The notes: generated by a model from the sequence alone, not told the origin. A stretch of DNA of 64,000 bases from Actinomycetota bacterium (GCA_028717265.1 JAQUOE010000003.1:825-64824), one strand, 5' to 3'; shown: positions 29,643-39,813, counted from the stretch's first letter. Made by a program: numbers and translations.

Positions 29643-30764
29643 TTATTCGAAACCGGTATAAATCTTTCCGAAATCTATTCCCTCTATCTTCACGGATCCA
29701 TACTTTCCGGTCAACTTCTTCCTTGCATAGATCATGCTTTCATTTCTTATTCCGTTTTTCAGTGCAAGATAAACCTCAATAAACGCAGCCAGATCATCCG
29801 CTCCTTTAACCAGTTTCCCATTTCTATTGCTTTTATCGGAGAACTCATCTTCAGTAAACATCCTTATATCTTTTTGCCATTTTTCGGGAATCAGTTTATA
29901 TATTTTTTTCTCCATTTCTTCAACTTCATAGTCCTTTATAAGCTCATTAAGTCCTTCAACGGATTTTTTTACCGGATTGATAACATCTCTGGTCAAAACT
30001 TCGGGCAGGTCATGGAAAAGACCGGTAAAGTAATTATTTATACAGTTTGTTTCTCTTAGATTTGCTTCGCATGAAAATAAAAATGAAAATATTGCCACGA
30101 TCAGCATATGGCCCATTACGGAGGTTTTAGGAATACGGTAAAGATGGCTCCATCTCTGCTGGAAACGGAGCTGGCCGCATATATCCGCAAAATTCATTAA
30201 ATTTCTTTTTTTAGAAAAAAACTGCATACATAACAGGTCATTGTATTTCTTCTGCTCCCTGGAAATACTTTCGACAATCTCTTCGGTTAAATAAATCCTG
30301 GGATTTGCCCGCTTGATAATGTCGAATTCCCATTTTGTCACATAGAAATGGGCCGCATTTACAATTTTTCTTTCAACAGTCTCTTCTTCTTCAAGAAGAT
30401 ATTCTTTAAAACGTAAATTGAAGTCCTCGTTTACCTGTTCGGTAAATGGCCTAATCCTCTCAAAAACCCAGTAATTCAGCTTTTCGTATTGTTTCTTATC
30501 TTCCTTTATCCTGTAGATCAGAGGAGGTTTTAGATCGGTCAGGATTATTCTTTTTAAAAATTCAAAAAGGCCATCCTCTATTATTTCGATCCAATCGATT
30601 TCTCTGCCGGTTATATCTTCTTCGCACCTGCCAAGAATATATGCGACCACCATCTTGTGCGCCTGCTTATCCAGTTCCGTAAGCTCTATCGTGCGGATCT
30701 GATCGTTCCACCTCTGCATGCTGGCAGCTTCATAAATTTTTAAAAGAAGTGATTTTTGAATCAT
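29643..30764 (-). CDS. Tandem HD-domain protein (YfbR/COG1896-like 5'-deoxynucleotidase family)
   Basis: MQRWND, ELDKQAHK; second half FQQRW, SVMGH, FHDLPEVLTRD, ADDLAA. Confidence 0.75.
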   Translation of the reverse strand: MIQKSLLLKIYEAASMQRWNDQIRTIELTELDKQAHKMVVAYILGRCEEDITGREIDWIEIIEDGLFEFLKRIILTDLKPPLIYRIKEDKKQYEKLNYWVFERIRPFTEQVNEDFNLRFKEYLLEEEETVERKIVNAAHFYVTKWEFDIIKRANPRIYLTEEIVESISREQKKYNDLLCMQFFSKKRNLMNFADICGQLRFQQRWSHLYRIPKTSVMGHMLIVAIFSFLFSCEANLRETNCINNYFTGLFHDLPEVLTRDVINPVKKSVEGLNELIKDYEVEEMEKKIYKLIPEKWQKDIRMFTEDEFSDKSNRNGKLVKGADDLAAFIEVYLALKNGIRNESMIYARKKLTGKYGSVKIEGIDFGKIYTGFE

Positions 30765-30993
30765 AAAGCTTCCCCAAATTTTAATTTTGCTTGCTTAAAT
30801 ATATCCACCGCTACAGTTGGGTTTTTTAACAGAATCTTAAAATAGTGTATATCATAGATTCTAATTCTTCAATAAAAGTTATTTTCAATATGATAAAATA
30901 TAGCTAAAGTGTTATAATCCTTGCTATCCATGAAATGACCCAAACATGCAAAGTAATATTCAGAGCATAATTATATAATTAACGTAAATCACA

Positions 30994-31227
30994 GTGATAA
31001 AAATGAATAAATTACCGATAGTTAAAGTTTTTAACTCCAGGATAGAAGCAGAAATAGCCAGAGGTTATCTGGAAAGTTTCGGTATTGAAACCGAGATACT
31101 CTCCGATGATGCCGGCCAGAATTACCCATCCCTTCAAAATATAAGAGGGGTCAAGCTTCTTGCCAATAGAAAGAATCTAAAAAAAGCTCAGGAGCTGCTT
31201 GATAAGAAAAACGTATCAGATGAATAA
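30994..31227 (+). CDS. DUF2007 (putative signal-transducing) small protein
   Basis: IEAEIARGYLESFGIE...GVKLL...AQELL pattern. Confidence 0.75.
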   Translation: MIKMNKLPIVKVFNSRIEAEIARGYLESFGIETEILSDDAGQNYPSLQNIRGVKLLANRKNLKKAQELLDKKNVSDE

Positions 31228-31852
31228 AGGCGAGAATCAGAAAAACAGTTTTCCCTGTATCAAATTAAGCAATTTAAAACCCGGGGATCTGAATGATTAC
31301 CTCAGGATAGAATTTGATGCATTCTATGATAAATTAAAATACATATACAGCAACAGAAAGAAAGCTGCCATGGATATTGTCAGGTCCGAAATTTTAAAAA
31401 ATATCGATACGGGCAGATATTTTAATGCAATAATAGATGACAAAATAGCAGGTATCATCGAAATTGTGACAATCGAAAATATTAAAAGTCACACTAAAAA
31501 TTTTCGGGATTACCTTGAAAATCTGGGTCTGCAAAGAGCTATTAGAGCATTCGTCTTAACATCAAAGGAAATCCCCAGATTGGACAATAAAACCATATAT
31601 ATCGATAATGTCGCAGTCGATGCTGAAAGCAGGAGACAGGGTGTTGCTAAAAAAATGCTGTCTTTCGTGGAAGACTATGCCAGAGAAAACGGAAAAAGCG
31701 TTTTAAAACTCTGGGTAGCTCATCTTAATAAGAATGCTTATGATCTGTATAAAAAATTTGGTTTTGTCGAGCAAGTAAAAAGATCCTCATGGATTACCGG
31801 AAAGTATACCGGATACCGGGACTGGATATTTATGAAAAAAGAGATCTCCTGA
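31199..31852 (+). CDS. GNAT family acetyltransferase
   Basis: YIDNVAVDAESRRQGVAKKML, N-x-x-A-x-x-LYKKFGF. Confidence 0.88.
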   Translation: MIRKTYQMNKGENQKNSFPCIKLSNLKPGDLNDYLRIEFDAFYDKLKYIYSNRKKAAMDIVRSEILKNIDTGRYFNAIIDDKIAGIIEIVTIENIKSHTKNFRDYLENLGLQRAIRAFVLTSKEIPRLDNKTIYIDNVAVDAESRRQGVAKKMLSFVEDYARENGKSVLKLWVAHLNKNAYDLYKKFGFVEQVKRSSWITGKYTGYRDWIFMKKEIS

Positions 31853-31857
31853 TAAAT

Positions 31858-32688
31858 TCAATAACCCGAAATAAAATACTTTATTCCCTCTATGTAAATT
31901 TTTTCAGATTTTATATAGTTATTGCTATGTTTGCCCCCTATTTTTAAAAACTGTTTGGGCTTTTTTGCGGCATTATATAATCTTATTGCATGAGAATACG
32001 GGATGTAATCATCTTCGCTGCTGTGAATTATAAGTACCGGACTTGTTATTTCCTTTAAATATTCGATAGTGGGGTAATTAAATCTAAAGAATTTTCTCAC
32101 AGGCAAATAAGGATATATCTGGGCCGCCAGATCTTTAACTGAAGTAAAAGTGGAGTCAAGAATCAATGCTCCCGGCTTTACCTCTTTTGCCAGCCAGGCT
32201 GCGATTGGACCGCCCAGTGACCGCCCAAAGATTATAATATTCTGGGGTTTTATTTTTCTGGGACCGGTCAAATACTCCCAGGCTGCTCTGGCATCGAGAT
32301 AAGTTCCTTTCTCCGTAGGCCTGCCTTCACTTTTACCATATCCGCGATAATCGATTATAAAAACAGTCAGCCCCATTTTTCTTCTGATATAATCTATCAA
32401 TATCAATCCATCAGAGATATTCTCCCCTTTACCATGAAAAACCAGCATCGCTCCCCTGCTGCTTCTTACAGGTACAAACCAGCCTGAAAGATTAATTCCA
32501 TCGGAAGATTTGAAAGAGACTTCCTCGAAATACAATCTTATGTCGAATGGAGTTAACGTTATTTTCTTTTTGGGGTGAAACACTTCATTTGACTGGGCCA
32601 TAAATTTATATATTGTAAGAAATAAATAAATAATTACGGCTACCGCTATGACGGAAGCAACCCCGATAATTATTTTCTGATATAACAT
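31858..32688 (-). CDS. Alpha/beta hydrolase (ABHD13/Bem46-like)
   Basis: FHGKGEN, DYRGYGKSEG, GRSLGG nucleophile elbow, HSSEDDYIP, GGKH. Confidence 0.9.
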   Translation of the reverse strand: MLYQKIIIGVASVIAVAVIIYLFLTIYKFMAQSNEVFHPKKKITLTPFDIRLYFEEVSFKSSDGINLSGWFVPVRSSRGAMLVFHGKGENISDGLILIDYIRRKMGLTVFIIDYRGYGKSEGRPTEKGTYLDARAAWEYLTGPRKIKPQNIIIFGRSLGGPIAAWLAKEVKPGALILDSTFTSVKDLAAQIYPYLPVRKFFRFNYPTIEYLKEITSPVLIIHSSEDDYIPYSHAIRLYNAAKKPKQFLKIGGKHSNNYIKSEKIYIEGIKYFISGY

Positions 32689-32705
32689 TTTTATTTAAAT
32701 ATTTT

Positions 32706-34487
32706 TTAATATTTGCGTTTAAAATTTTCTACCATATTATTATAATAATAAAACAATCTTTCCAGAGAATCGATAAATATATTGTATTCATTCTGGTAAC
32801 AATCATAATCACTTGTTTTCATACAATGTATTTGCTCTTGTTTATGAAGGATTATTTCTTCCGATATTGAAATCAGATTGCCTCTATCGGCAGCATTGTT
32901 CTCCGAATAAACAACATTTTTCAACTGTTGAGAAAGCTCTATCAGTCTTGCCAGAAGAGTTTCTTCTATGACGATTTCCTGCCCATCATTGAATATCCAA
33001 TCCTCGGAATGCGCCTGATTGATATGAATCAAAGCGGCGTTATATTCGGAAAGCACCGATTCGATTTCATCCAAAAATTCATTTTCCGATATTACACTTA
33101 AATCTTCCGGATTAAGTCCGCTTACTCTGTAGATTTCCTCTCTCCTTACATCGGGCTCAATATCTCCTTCCCAGAAATAGTAAAATCCGGCAGGATAATA
33201 GTTTTCTCTCTCGATTGGAAGACTTTTATAAAATACTCCGGAGCCCTTATAGGTTTCCATGTTAAGATAATAATTATAAGCCATAAAACCACCTTCTGCA
33301 GTTATATCTACGGGGATCCATCCATATCCGGGAAGTTTTATTTCAACCCAGGCATGGCCGTATGGAAGCTCGCCTCCCCCTTCCGATAGTATGCTGAATA
33401 CAGGAAGCCCCTGTACAAATTTTGCAGGAATCCCCGCGGCTCTGCATAAAGCCGTATATAAAATAGAATAATCGGTACAAACCCCTTTGCCATTACGCAG
33501 AATTTCCGAAGCATATGAATAACCGGATATTCCCTGTACCAGCTTTTCCTCATCATAGACCATCTTATCAATCACAAAATCGTACAATCTTTTTGCAATC
33601 TCCGTGGGATCTGTTTCCTGTCCGGCCACAGATTCGGCCGCAGATTTTATTTGCTGCGAATTACTGTCTATATAATACTCGCTGATCGTATATAGCGATA
33701 GATCGCTGTCTTCCGGATCATATGAATACTCTCCATCAGATATCGGGGCATATTCATATTCATAAAGAACGGCATCACAATTTATATATGCCCGGACCGA
33801 CTCTCCGGCCGGAAGATTGCCCAGATCAAATCTCGTTATTAAATTATAATCATCGGTAAAAATATCATCAATCCTGCCCTGGCCGGACTCAACGCTTTTT
33901 ATGATCTGAAAAGGCCGGTATGTCTGAGGGGTCTCAAACAGACAGGTAATGTCTTTTATGTCCGCGGGCCCTTCGTTTGTGATAGTATATTCGATACCTG
34001 CCGTTATCTCGTAAGCTCTTTTGATCAAAATATTTTCAGAAAGCTCTATCAGGTAAATCTGCTTTGAAACTTTAGCCGTACTTATTCCATCGTCAACCGT
34101 AAGGATTATTTCATACTCTCCGATGCTACCAAAAATATACGAGGTTCTTTCACTATTCGATATAATCGTATCCCCTATCTGCCACTGAAAATTCAAAATA
34201 TCGCCATTGGCATCAGATGAATTCGCAGCAGATAAATATACCGGATTGCCCACTGCAAAATAATCACTGCCGGAATTCTGCTGATATACATCCAATATAG
34301 CCATGGGCGGGATATTTTCCATTCTCTCTTGCGTTGCTTCTTCTGTGCCACCGGAGTTTGCGGCCCCGCCCGCCCCGGTATTATTATCATTGGAGATACC
34401 TTCGAAAACAGAACAGCAACCGGCATTAAGAGCGGAAACAGATATGATCGAAATAACTAATATTAAGTAGCAAATTATTCTTTTCAT
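32706..34487 (-). CDS. Exported PKD-domain + transglutaminase-like protease domain protein
   Basis: Signal/lipobox AGC; PKD (SAANSSDANGD, FQWQIG, LTVDDG); catalytic triad GVCTDY / HAWVE / WIPVDIT. Confidence 0.85.
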   Translation of the reverse strand: MKRIICYLILVISIISVSALNAGCCSVFEGISNDNNTGAGGAANSGGTEEATQERMENIPPMAILDVYQQNSGSDYFAVGNPVYLSAANSSDANGDILNFQWQIGDTIISNSERTSYIFGSIGEYEIILTVDDGISTAKVSKQIYLIELSENILIKRAYEITAGIEYTITNEGPADIKDITCLFETPQTYRPFQIIKSVESGQGRIDDIFTDDYNLITRFDLGNLPAGESVRAYINCDAVLYEYEYAPISDGEYSYDPEDSDLSLYTISEYYIDSNSQQIKSAAESVAGQETDPTEIAKRLYDFVIDKMVYDEEKLVQGISGYSYASEILRNGKGVCTDYSILYTALCRAAGIPAKFVQGLPVFSILSEGGGELPYGHAWVEIKLPGYGWIPVDITAEGGFMAYNYYLNMETYKGSGVFYKSLPIERENYYPAGFYYFWEGDIEPDVRREEIYRVSGLNPEDLSVISENEFLDEIESVLSEYNAALIHINQAHSEDWIFNDGQEIVIEETLLARLIELSQQLKNVVYSENNAADRGNLISISEEIILHKQEQIHCMKTSDYDCYQNEYNIFIDSLERLFYYYNNMVENFKRKY

Positions 34488-34537
34488 CTGATTTCATAAA
34501 GAACATTAAGAAAAATTCTACTTCCTGTCAAATTAAT

Positions 34538-34574
34538 AAAAAACTGGCTGGTCTCAAATACCAGCCAGTTTTTT
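34538..34574. terminator. Intrinsic terminator downstream of the NCS2 permease
   Basis: AAAAAACTGGCTGGT-ctcaaat-ACCAGCCAGTTTTTT. Confidence 0.85.
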
Positions 34575-34611
34575 CTCTGACTTCCTGTATCTGATTCTTA
34601 TATATTATATC

Positions 34612-35988
34612 TTAACTTCCTGCAAACTTCCTGGCCAGCGCTTCAGCAACAAAAGCGATTACAAACAATGCACTTACTATGATCATAAGCGGATGCAGAT
34701 CTCTAAATTTTCCTCTAAACAATTTTATCAAAGTATAACTTATGAAACCGAATCCTATCCCGTATGAAATACTGTAAGTGAAGGGCATGATTATTATGGT
34801 CAAAAATGCAGGTATCGCGATCTCATAATCCTTAAAATCGATTTTACTCATAACGGACATCATCAAGAATCCGACTACAATCAGAGCCGGAGCTGTGACA
34901 GGGTATTTGGTGACACCTTCCGCTATTTCCACGCCGCCTCCAACCACTGCAATCAACGGAGCAAAAAATATAGAGATCAGGAATAAAAATCCGGTCATGG
35001 TAGGCATGATACCGGTTCTTCCGCCGTCGGATACGCCGGAAGCACTTTCAATATAGGTTGTAATCGAGCTGGCGCCAAATAAACCTCCCGTTACTGCTGC
35101 CAGAGAATCGACCAGAAGAACTCTTTTTAAATTAGGAAGACTTCCATTTTTATCCAGCAGGCCCGCTTCACCGCCTACGCCAATTACCGTACCCATGGTA
35201 TCAAAAAAATCCGTCATAAACAGGGCAAAAATCATAACAAGAGCCGCTACGTTCAACATCCCCTTGCTCCATACTGCTCCGACGATATCTGCCCGGAAAA
35301 AGGTTGCAAAACTCTCTTTTGTGGGGACGCTTATAAACTGTGTTGGAAAAGGAATTATTTTAAACGCCATTCCTGCAATTGCTGTGCCGACGATACCCAG
35401 TAATATTCCCCCTTTTATCCTGAACGCTACCAGGATAACTGTAAGTATCAGACCAAAAGCTGCCAGCTGGGTATAATTAGCGGTAAAATCTCCAAGTGTC
35501 ACTGCAGTAGCAGAACTTAAACCCACGAAACCCGCTTCCTGCGCACCAATAAACGCAATAAAAAGACCGATTCCAACCCCAATGGCATATTTTAAACCCA
35601 TTGGTATTGCTCTCATTATCATACTGCGAAGACCCGTTAACACAAATATGGTCACGATTATTCCCTCGATGACGATAATCCCCATTGCCTGCTGCCAGCT
35701 CATACCCAGACCAAAGATAATGGTGAAAACAACTATTGCATTGATCCCCATTCCCGAGGCAAGTGCAAAAGGAGTATTGGTAAGCAGCCCCATTAATATG
35801 CTCATTAAACCTGCACCCATACATGTAGCAATAACAGCTGCTTCAAAAGGAATTCCTGTCGCACCACCCTGAGATAGAATCGCCGGATTGACAAAAATTA
35901 TATAAGCCATGGTCATAAAAGTAGTGATCCCGGCGATAATTTCTGTCCTGATGCTGGTATTTCTTTCCTTGAGTTTGAAATAGCGCAA
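34612..35988 (-). CDS. NCS2/AzgA-type purine (guanine/hypoxanthine) permease
   Basis: EIIAGITTFMTMAYIIFVNP, ASGMGINA, DFFDTMGT, TTYIESASG, PAFLTIIIMPFTYSI. Confidence 0.93.
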   Translation of the reverse strand: MRYFKLKERNTSIRTEIIAGITTFMTMAYIIFVNPAILSQGGATGIPFEAAVIATCMGAGLMSILMGLLTNTPFALASGMGINAIVVFTIIFGLGMSWQQAMGIIVIEGIIVTIFVLTGLRSMIMRAIPMGLKYAIGVGIGLFIAFIGAQEAGFVGLSSATAVTLGDFTANYTQLAAFGLILTVILVAFRIKGGILLGIVGTAIAGMAFKIIPFPTQFISVPTKESFATFFRADIVGAVWSKGMLNVAALVMIFALFMTDFFDTMGTVIGVGGEAGLLDKNGSLPNLKRVLLVDSLAAVTGGLFGASSITTYIESASGVSDGGRTGIMPTMTGFLFLISIFFAPLIAVVGGGVEIAEGVTKYPVTAPALIVVGFLMMSVMSKIDFKDYEIAIPAFLTIIIMPFTYSISYGIGFGFISYTLIKLFRGKFRDLHPLMIIVSALFVIAFVAEALARKFAGS

Positions 35989-36104
35989 AATACACCTCCT
36001 TGCTTATTTACAAAAAATTATTATATTTTACAAACAATTTTACTTTATCTCCGCCATGATTATAATTTTACAAAATATCAAATAAACGGTAGAATCTATA
36101 AAAT

Positions 36105-36305
36105 ATGGAAGCAATAAAGAGTTTTTTTACAGCCGAAAACATAAAATCTTTTTTTGTAAGCATATATTCCTGGCTGGAGAATGTGCTTACAAAGGCTTTT
36201 AGCAAAATAGGATATGAACCAATAAGGAATCTGCTCACCAATCCCTGGTTCTGGATAATCATACTGGTATTTTTCCTATTGTGTATCATCTTTAGAAGAC
36301 GATAA
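36105..36305 (+). CDS. Small hypothetical membrane protein (C-terminal TM, basic tail)
   Basis: 66 aa; amphipathic N-terminus, TM WFWIIILVFFLLCIIF, RRR tail; tail-to-tail overlap with the 36276 ORF. Confidence 0.45.
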   Translation: MEAIKSFFTAENIKSFFVSIYSWLENVLTKAFSKIGYEPIRNLLTNPWFWIIILVFFLLCIIFRRR

Positions 36306-36614
36306 TTGATGGTTGTTTCCACCAATCTTTTCCTCATCTAAAAATATTTTAAAAATAAAAGCTATAAAAACAACAATAAATATCCCTGCCATTGCCAGAA
36401 CCGCAAAAGCTCCGGGATTGTTTTTGATTTTTTGAATGACCAGATAAACCCTGGAGTTATTCTTCTTTAAATAATCCAAAAACTTATTATCCAGCAGCTT
36501 TTCATCCAGCTTGCTTATATTAGATATTCTATTTATTATTTTTTTGTCTATATCGTCGTATGGCTGGATGACAGCATTTTTTACAATTTTCAAATATCTG
36601 TTTATATTATTCAT
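36276..36614 (-). CDS. Putative single-pass anti-sigma factor
   Basis: Directly downstream of the ECF sigma gene; cytoplasmic helical N-terminus and one TM; no HxxxCxxC motif. Confidence 0.45.
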   Translation of the reverse strand: MNNINRYLKIVKNAVIQPYDDIDKKIINRISNISKLDEKLLDNKFLDYLKKNNSRVYLVIQKIKNNPGAFAVLAMAGIFIVVFIAFIFKIFLDEEKIGGNNHQLSSSKDDTQ

Positions 36615-36691
36615 TTTAAAAAAACTTAAAGGTTTTTAAGCACAATATAATAGATTAAAATTAAATTATTTTGTTTCAATTAATGATCCGG

Positions 36692-37288
36692 TCATCTATA
36701 AGTCTTTAACTTATCTTTGATTATCTTCCTGGCTCTGTGTATATTAGTCTTTACCGTTCCTATGGGTTTACCGATGAGTTCCGATATTTCCCTGTAGCTA
36801 TAATCCTGCAGATCCCTTAAAATCAGCGGGATTCTATAACTCTCGTCAAGACTTACTACGATTTTTAATACTTCTTTTACTGTTTCCTTGTTAAAAAAAC
36901 TCTTTTCAAGACTCTGGTCAAATCTTGTAAAAACTACTTCATATTCCTCCGTGATCTTTTCGAGGCTTACTTTTTTATCTTTTGTTTTCGAACGCAGTCT
37001 TAATTTATCAATACATGTATTTACTGTAAGCTTTCTTATCCAGGTCTTGAAACTGGATAGTCCCCTGAAGCCTTTTATGGACAGATATACTTTAACAAAG
37101 ACTTCCTGGCTTACGTCTTCCGCTTCATGTGTATCCCTCAATATAAAAAATGCGGTAGTGTAGACATATTTAGAGAATTGCCTGACCAGCTCTTCGAAAG
37201 CAGCTTTGTCTCCCTTTTTTGATTTTGCGATTAATATTCTTTCATCCACTTTGCGATATTTGGTCCTTTGATTACTTTTATCTAACAT
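36692..37288 (-). CDS. ECF RNA polymerase sigma factor (SigW/SigE-like)
   Basis: GDKAAFEELV, AEDVSQEVF, FKTWIRKLTVNTCID, YREISELIGKPIGTVKTNIHRAR. Confidence 0.93.
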   Translation of the reverse strand: MLDKSNQRTKYRKVDERILIAKSKKGDKAAFEELVRQFSKYVYTTAFFILRDTHEAEDVSQEVFVKVYLSIKGFRGLSSFKTWIRKLTVNTCIDKLRLRSKTKDKKVSLEKITEEYEVVFTRFDQSLEKSFFNKETVKEVLKIVVSLDESYRIPLILRDLQDYSYREISELIGKPIGTVKTNIHRARKIIKDKLKTYR

Positions 37289-37323
37289 TATTCGTTTTTT
37301 AGTTTGACTCCGCTGTCTTCGTT

Positions 37324-38412
37324 TTAATCCTCTGGCGCTTCAGTCAACTCGAGTGTAATAGTTAAATAATATCCATCTCTATATATCTCGACTGTCACTT
37401 CATCCCCTATGTCGTGTCTTATAATCTGAGCAAACAACTCATATGGATTACTTACCTTTATGTTATCTATCTCAACAATTATATCACCGGCTTTTATTCC
37501 GGACTCTTCCGCCGGATATCCTTCCGGAACATTGCTGATATATACTCCGCTTACACTGCCCGTGCTTTCAGACATTTCGATACCCATATAAGGAATTCTC
37601 GCTTTGCCGAATTCAATAATCTGTTCGGCAATGCCGACCACTGTATTGCCGGGAACAGCAAATCCTATGCTCGTTCCTGTTGTTGCCAGAGTATTGATTC
37701 CTATTACTTCCCCGTCTGAGTTTACCAGCGGCCCCCCACTGTTGCCCGGATTTATTGCTGCATCGGTCTGAATCAGATTAACGGGAATCGTAATGTCTCT
37801 TCCTTTTGCGCTTATTACCCCAAGCGTTATTGTCTGATCAAGCCCGTAAGGACTTCCAATTGCAATAACTATATCGCCCACTTTTACATCATCTATGGAA
37901 TTAAAACTGGCCGCTTTAAGCCCATTTACCTCTATCTTTATGACCGCGACATCGTTTCTTTCATCTGCTCCTATCAATACAGCCGGATATTCACTGCCGT
38001 CATATAAGATCACTACCAGATTTTCTGCGTCTCCGGCAACATGATTATTGGTTATAATATAACCATCTTCGGTATAAATCACTCCGGAACCTATCCCCTC
38101 CTGTTCCTGTGTTTGCCCGAATATATCCTGATTGGTCACGGTCACGTCTATGTGTACTACGGAAGGTGTTATTTCTTCTACAATCCCGCTTATTGCGTCA
38201 TCTAATTCGTTAAGTAAAGTTTCTCTATTGTGCCCGGACTGCTGCCCGCTTTCGATGCTTTCTCCTTTTAATAAATCCGTAATGGATACTTTATTAATTA
38301 CAGCAATGATACCAAGCATGCTTGCGCCACCTGCAACCAAAAATAATAATGCCGCGAGCATTATTATTAGACCCTTCACAAAGAAAGACCTGAACTCGCT
38401 TCCTTCATCCAT
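37324..38412 (-). CDS. htrA: HtrA/DegP-family serine protease with one PDZ domain
   Basis: GSGVI, TNNHV, NDVAVIK, IQTDAAINPGNSGGPL, PDZ (PAEESGIKAGDII). Confidence 0.92.
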   Translation of the reverse strand: MDEGSEFRSFFVKGLIIMLAALLFLVAGGASMLGIIAVINKVSITDLLKGESIESGQQSGHNRETLLNELDDAISGIVEEITPSVVHIDVTVTNQDIFGQTQEQEGIGSGVIYTEDGYIITNNHVAGDAENLVVILYDGSEYPAVLIGADERNDVAVIKIEVNGLKAASFNSIDDVKVGDIVIAIGSPYGLDQTITLGVISAKGRDITIPVNLIQTDAAINPGNSGGPLVNSDGEVIGINTLATTGTSIGFAVPGNTVVGIAEQIIEFGKARIPYMGIEMSESTGSVSGVYISNVPEGYPAEESGIKAGDIIVEIDNIKVSNPYELFAQIIRHDIGDEVTVEIYRDGYYLTITLELTEAPED

Positions 38413-38448
38413 TTTAATTTCTCCCTGCTGTTTCAGAACATCAAATAT

Positions 38449-39813
38449 TTATTCTTCTACGGTCTCTTCAATGGAAATATCACCGGATCTTAATCTCAGC
38501 GCGTCTTCCTGGATTTTTAATGCTGCATCTTCAGGAAGTACACCTCCGGATAGGACGCTTTCGATATTATTCCTTATTGCGTCTCGTATTACCATTATGA
38601 GCTCTTTATCAGGTTTCCCCCTGCATATTTTTGCCTGCTGAAAAGCATTATAGACAATTTCATTATTTATAATTATTCCGTTTCTATCGATATTCTTTAA
38701 AACCGGGAAAGTGTCTGTTGCTGAAGTCCAGTTTATCTGAACCTCTTCTGATATCATATACTGTATAAAATCATTTACTGCTGCAAGCTCATTGCCGTAA
38801 CAATTAACATTTATCATAAAACCGAGACCTGAAATTATGGGGGTAGGATACCTGTCGCCCTGCCAGACCCGGGGAATTCTTGTTATACCCGTGTTTATTC
38901 CCGCTTCGCTATATTCATCCACCAGCTGGATATTATCGATTATCATGTGGACATTTCCATTCTTAAATAATTCATTTATCTCTCCATACTCTATATTAAA
39001 AGGTAAAATTTTTTCTTCATTGTATATATAAGATAAAAATTCAAGTGTTTTTACAGTTGCCTGATTATCCAGCGTCAGCGAATTGGTGCCGTAATCAACA
39101 ATCCAGTCCCCATATCCTCCTATGAAAGGTATTATCCAGTCGGCTGCGCCCGTATTTAGCAGCAGCCCGTAAGTATCAGACGCAGGATCATTTACCTCTT
39201 TGCAATATTCTATAACTTCTTCGAAGCTCGCCGGGGGTTCATCTATCAGGTCCTTATTATAAAAAAGCGTCAAGAAATCAAAACTTCTAAAAGGAATCAT
39301 ATAATTTCTGGAGTTATACATTGAAATCTCGACAAGACCATCTAAGAATAAAGAATAATCCGCTTCATCTATTATTTCTTTTACCACGCTTCCGGGAACA
39401 AGTCTTTGTATGCCATCAAAATCCAGCAGCAGCAATTCGGGTCCTGCACCGGCAAGACTTGCGGCTTCGAATTGATCTTCCAGCTCCTCCTGGCTTCTGA
39501 AATGCCTTGTCTCTATCTCGATATTGCCGCTTTCAGCTATAAAACTATTCACATTCTCCGTGAGGGTCAGCCTCTCTTTGGGCCCAAGACAGTCCCATAG
39601 AGTTATATGTGCTTCAAGTCCCTCTCCGCCTGCCTGATCGCCTTCTCCATTTGCGCCCGTCTCCTCTTCTTCTGTTCCCGTTTCTGTTTCTGCTACAGGA
39701 TTGAATAAATCGCAGGACACAGTACTTAATAATAAAAGAAGAGCAAATATTATAGAAATTATCGATAATAATAATGATCTTCTGTCTTTTGAACTAATTA
39801 TATTCCCGCTCAT
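38449..39813 (-). CDS. Extracellular solute-binding lipoprotein (MalE-like sugar-binding family)
   Basis: Lipobox TVSC; AGAGPEL, LFYNKDLI..PP..FEE, F.NG.V.MII; no permease gene adjacent. Confidence 0.82.
   Translation of the reverse strand: MSGNIISSKDRRSLLLSIISIIFALLLLLSTVSCDLFNPVAETETGTEEEETGANGEGDQAGGEGLEAHITLWDCLGPKERLTLTENVNSFIAESGNIEIETRHFRSQEELEDQFEAASLAGAGPELLLLDFDGIQRLVPGSVVKEIIDEADYSLFLDGLVEISMYNSRNYMIPFRSFDFLTLFYNKDLIDEPPASFEEVIEYCKEVNDPASDTYGLLLNTGAADWIIPFIGGYGDWIVDYGTNSLTLDNQATVKTLEFLSYIYNEEKILPFNIEYGEINELFKNGNVHMIIDNIQLVDEYSEAGINTGITRIPRVWQGDRYPTPIISGLGFMINVNCYGNELAAVNDFIQYMISEEVQINWTSATDTFPVLKNIDRNGIIINNEIVYNAFQQAKICRGKPDKELIMVIRDAIRNNIESVLSGGVLPEDAALKIQEDALRLRSGDISIEETVEE

Noticed and set aside
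35989-36104. Purine riboswitch before the NCS2 permease
   Set aside because: TATAAT and TTCTACC elements are in the wrong order, with no P1-P3 pairing
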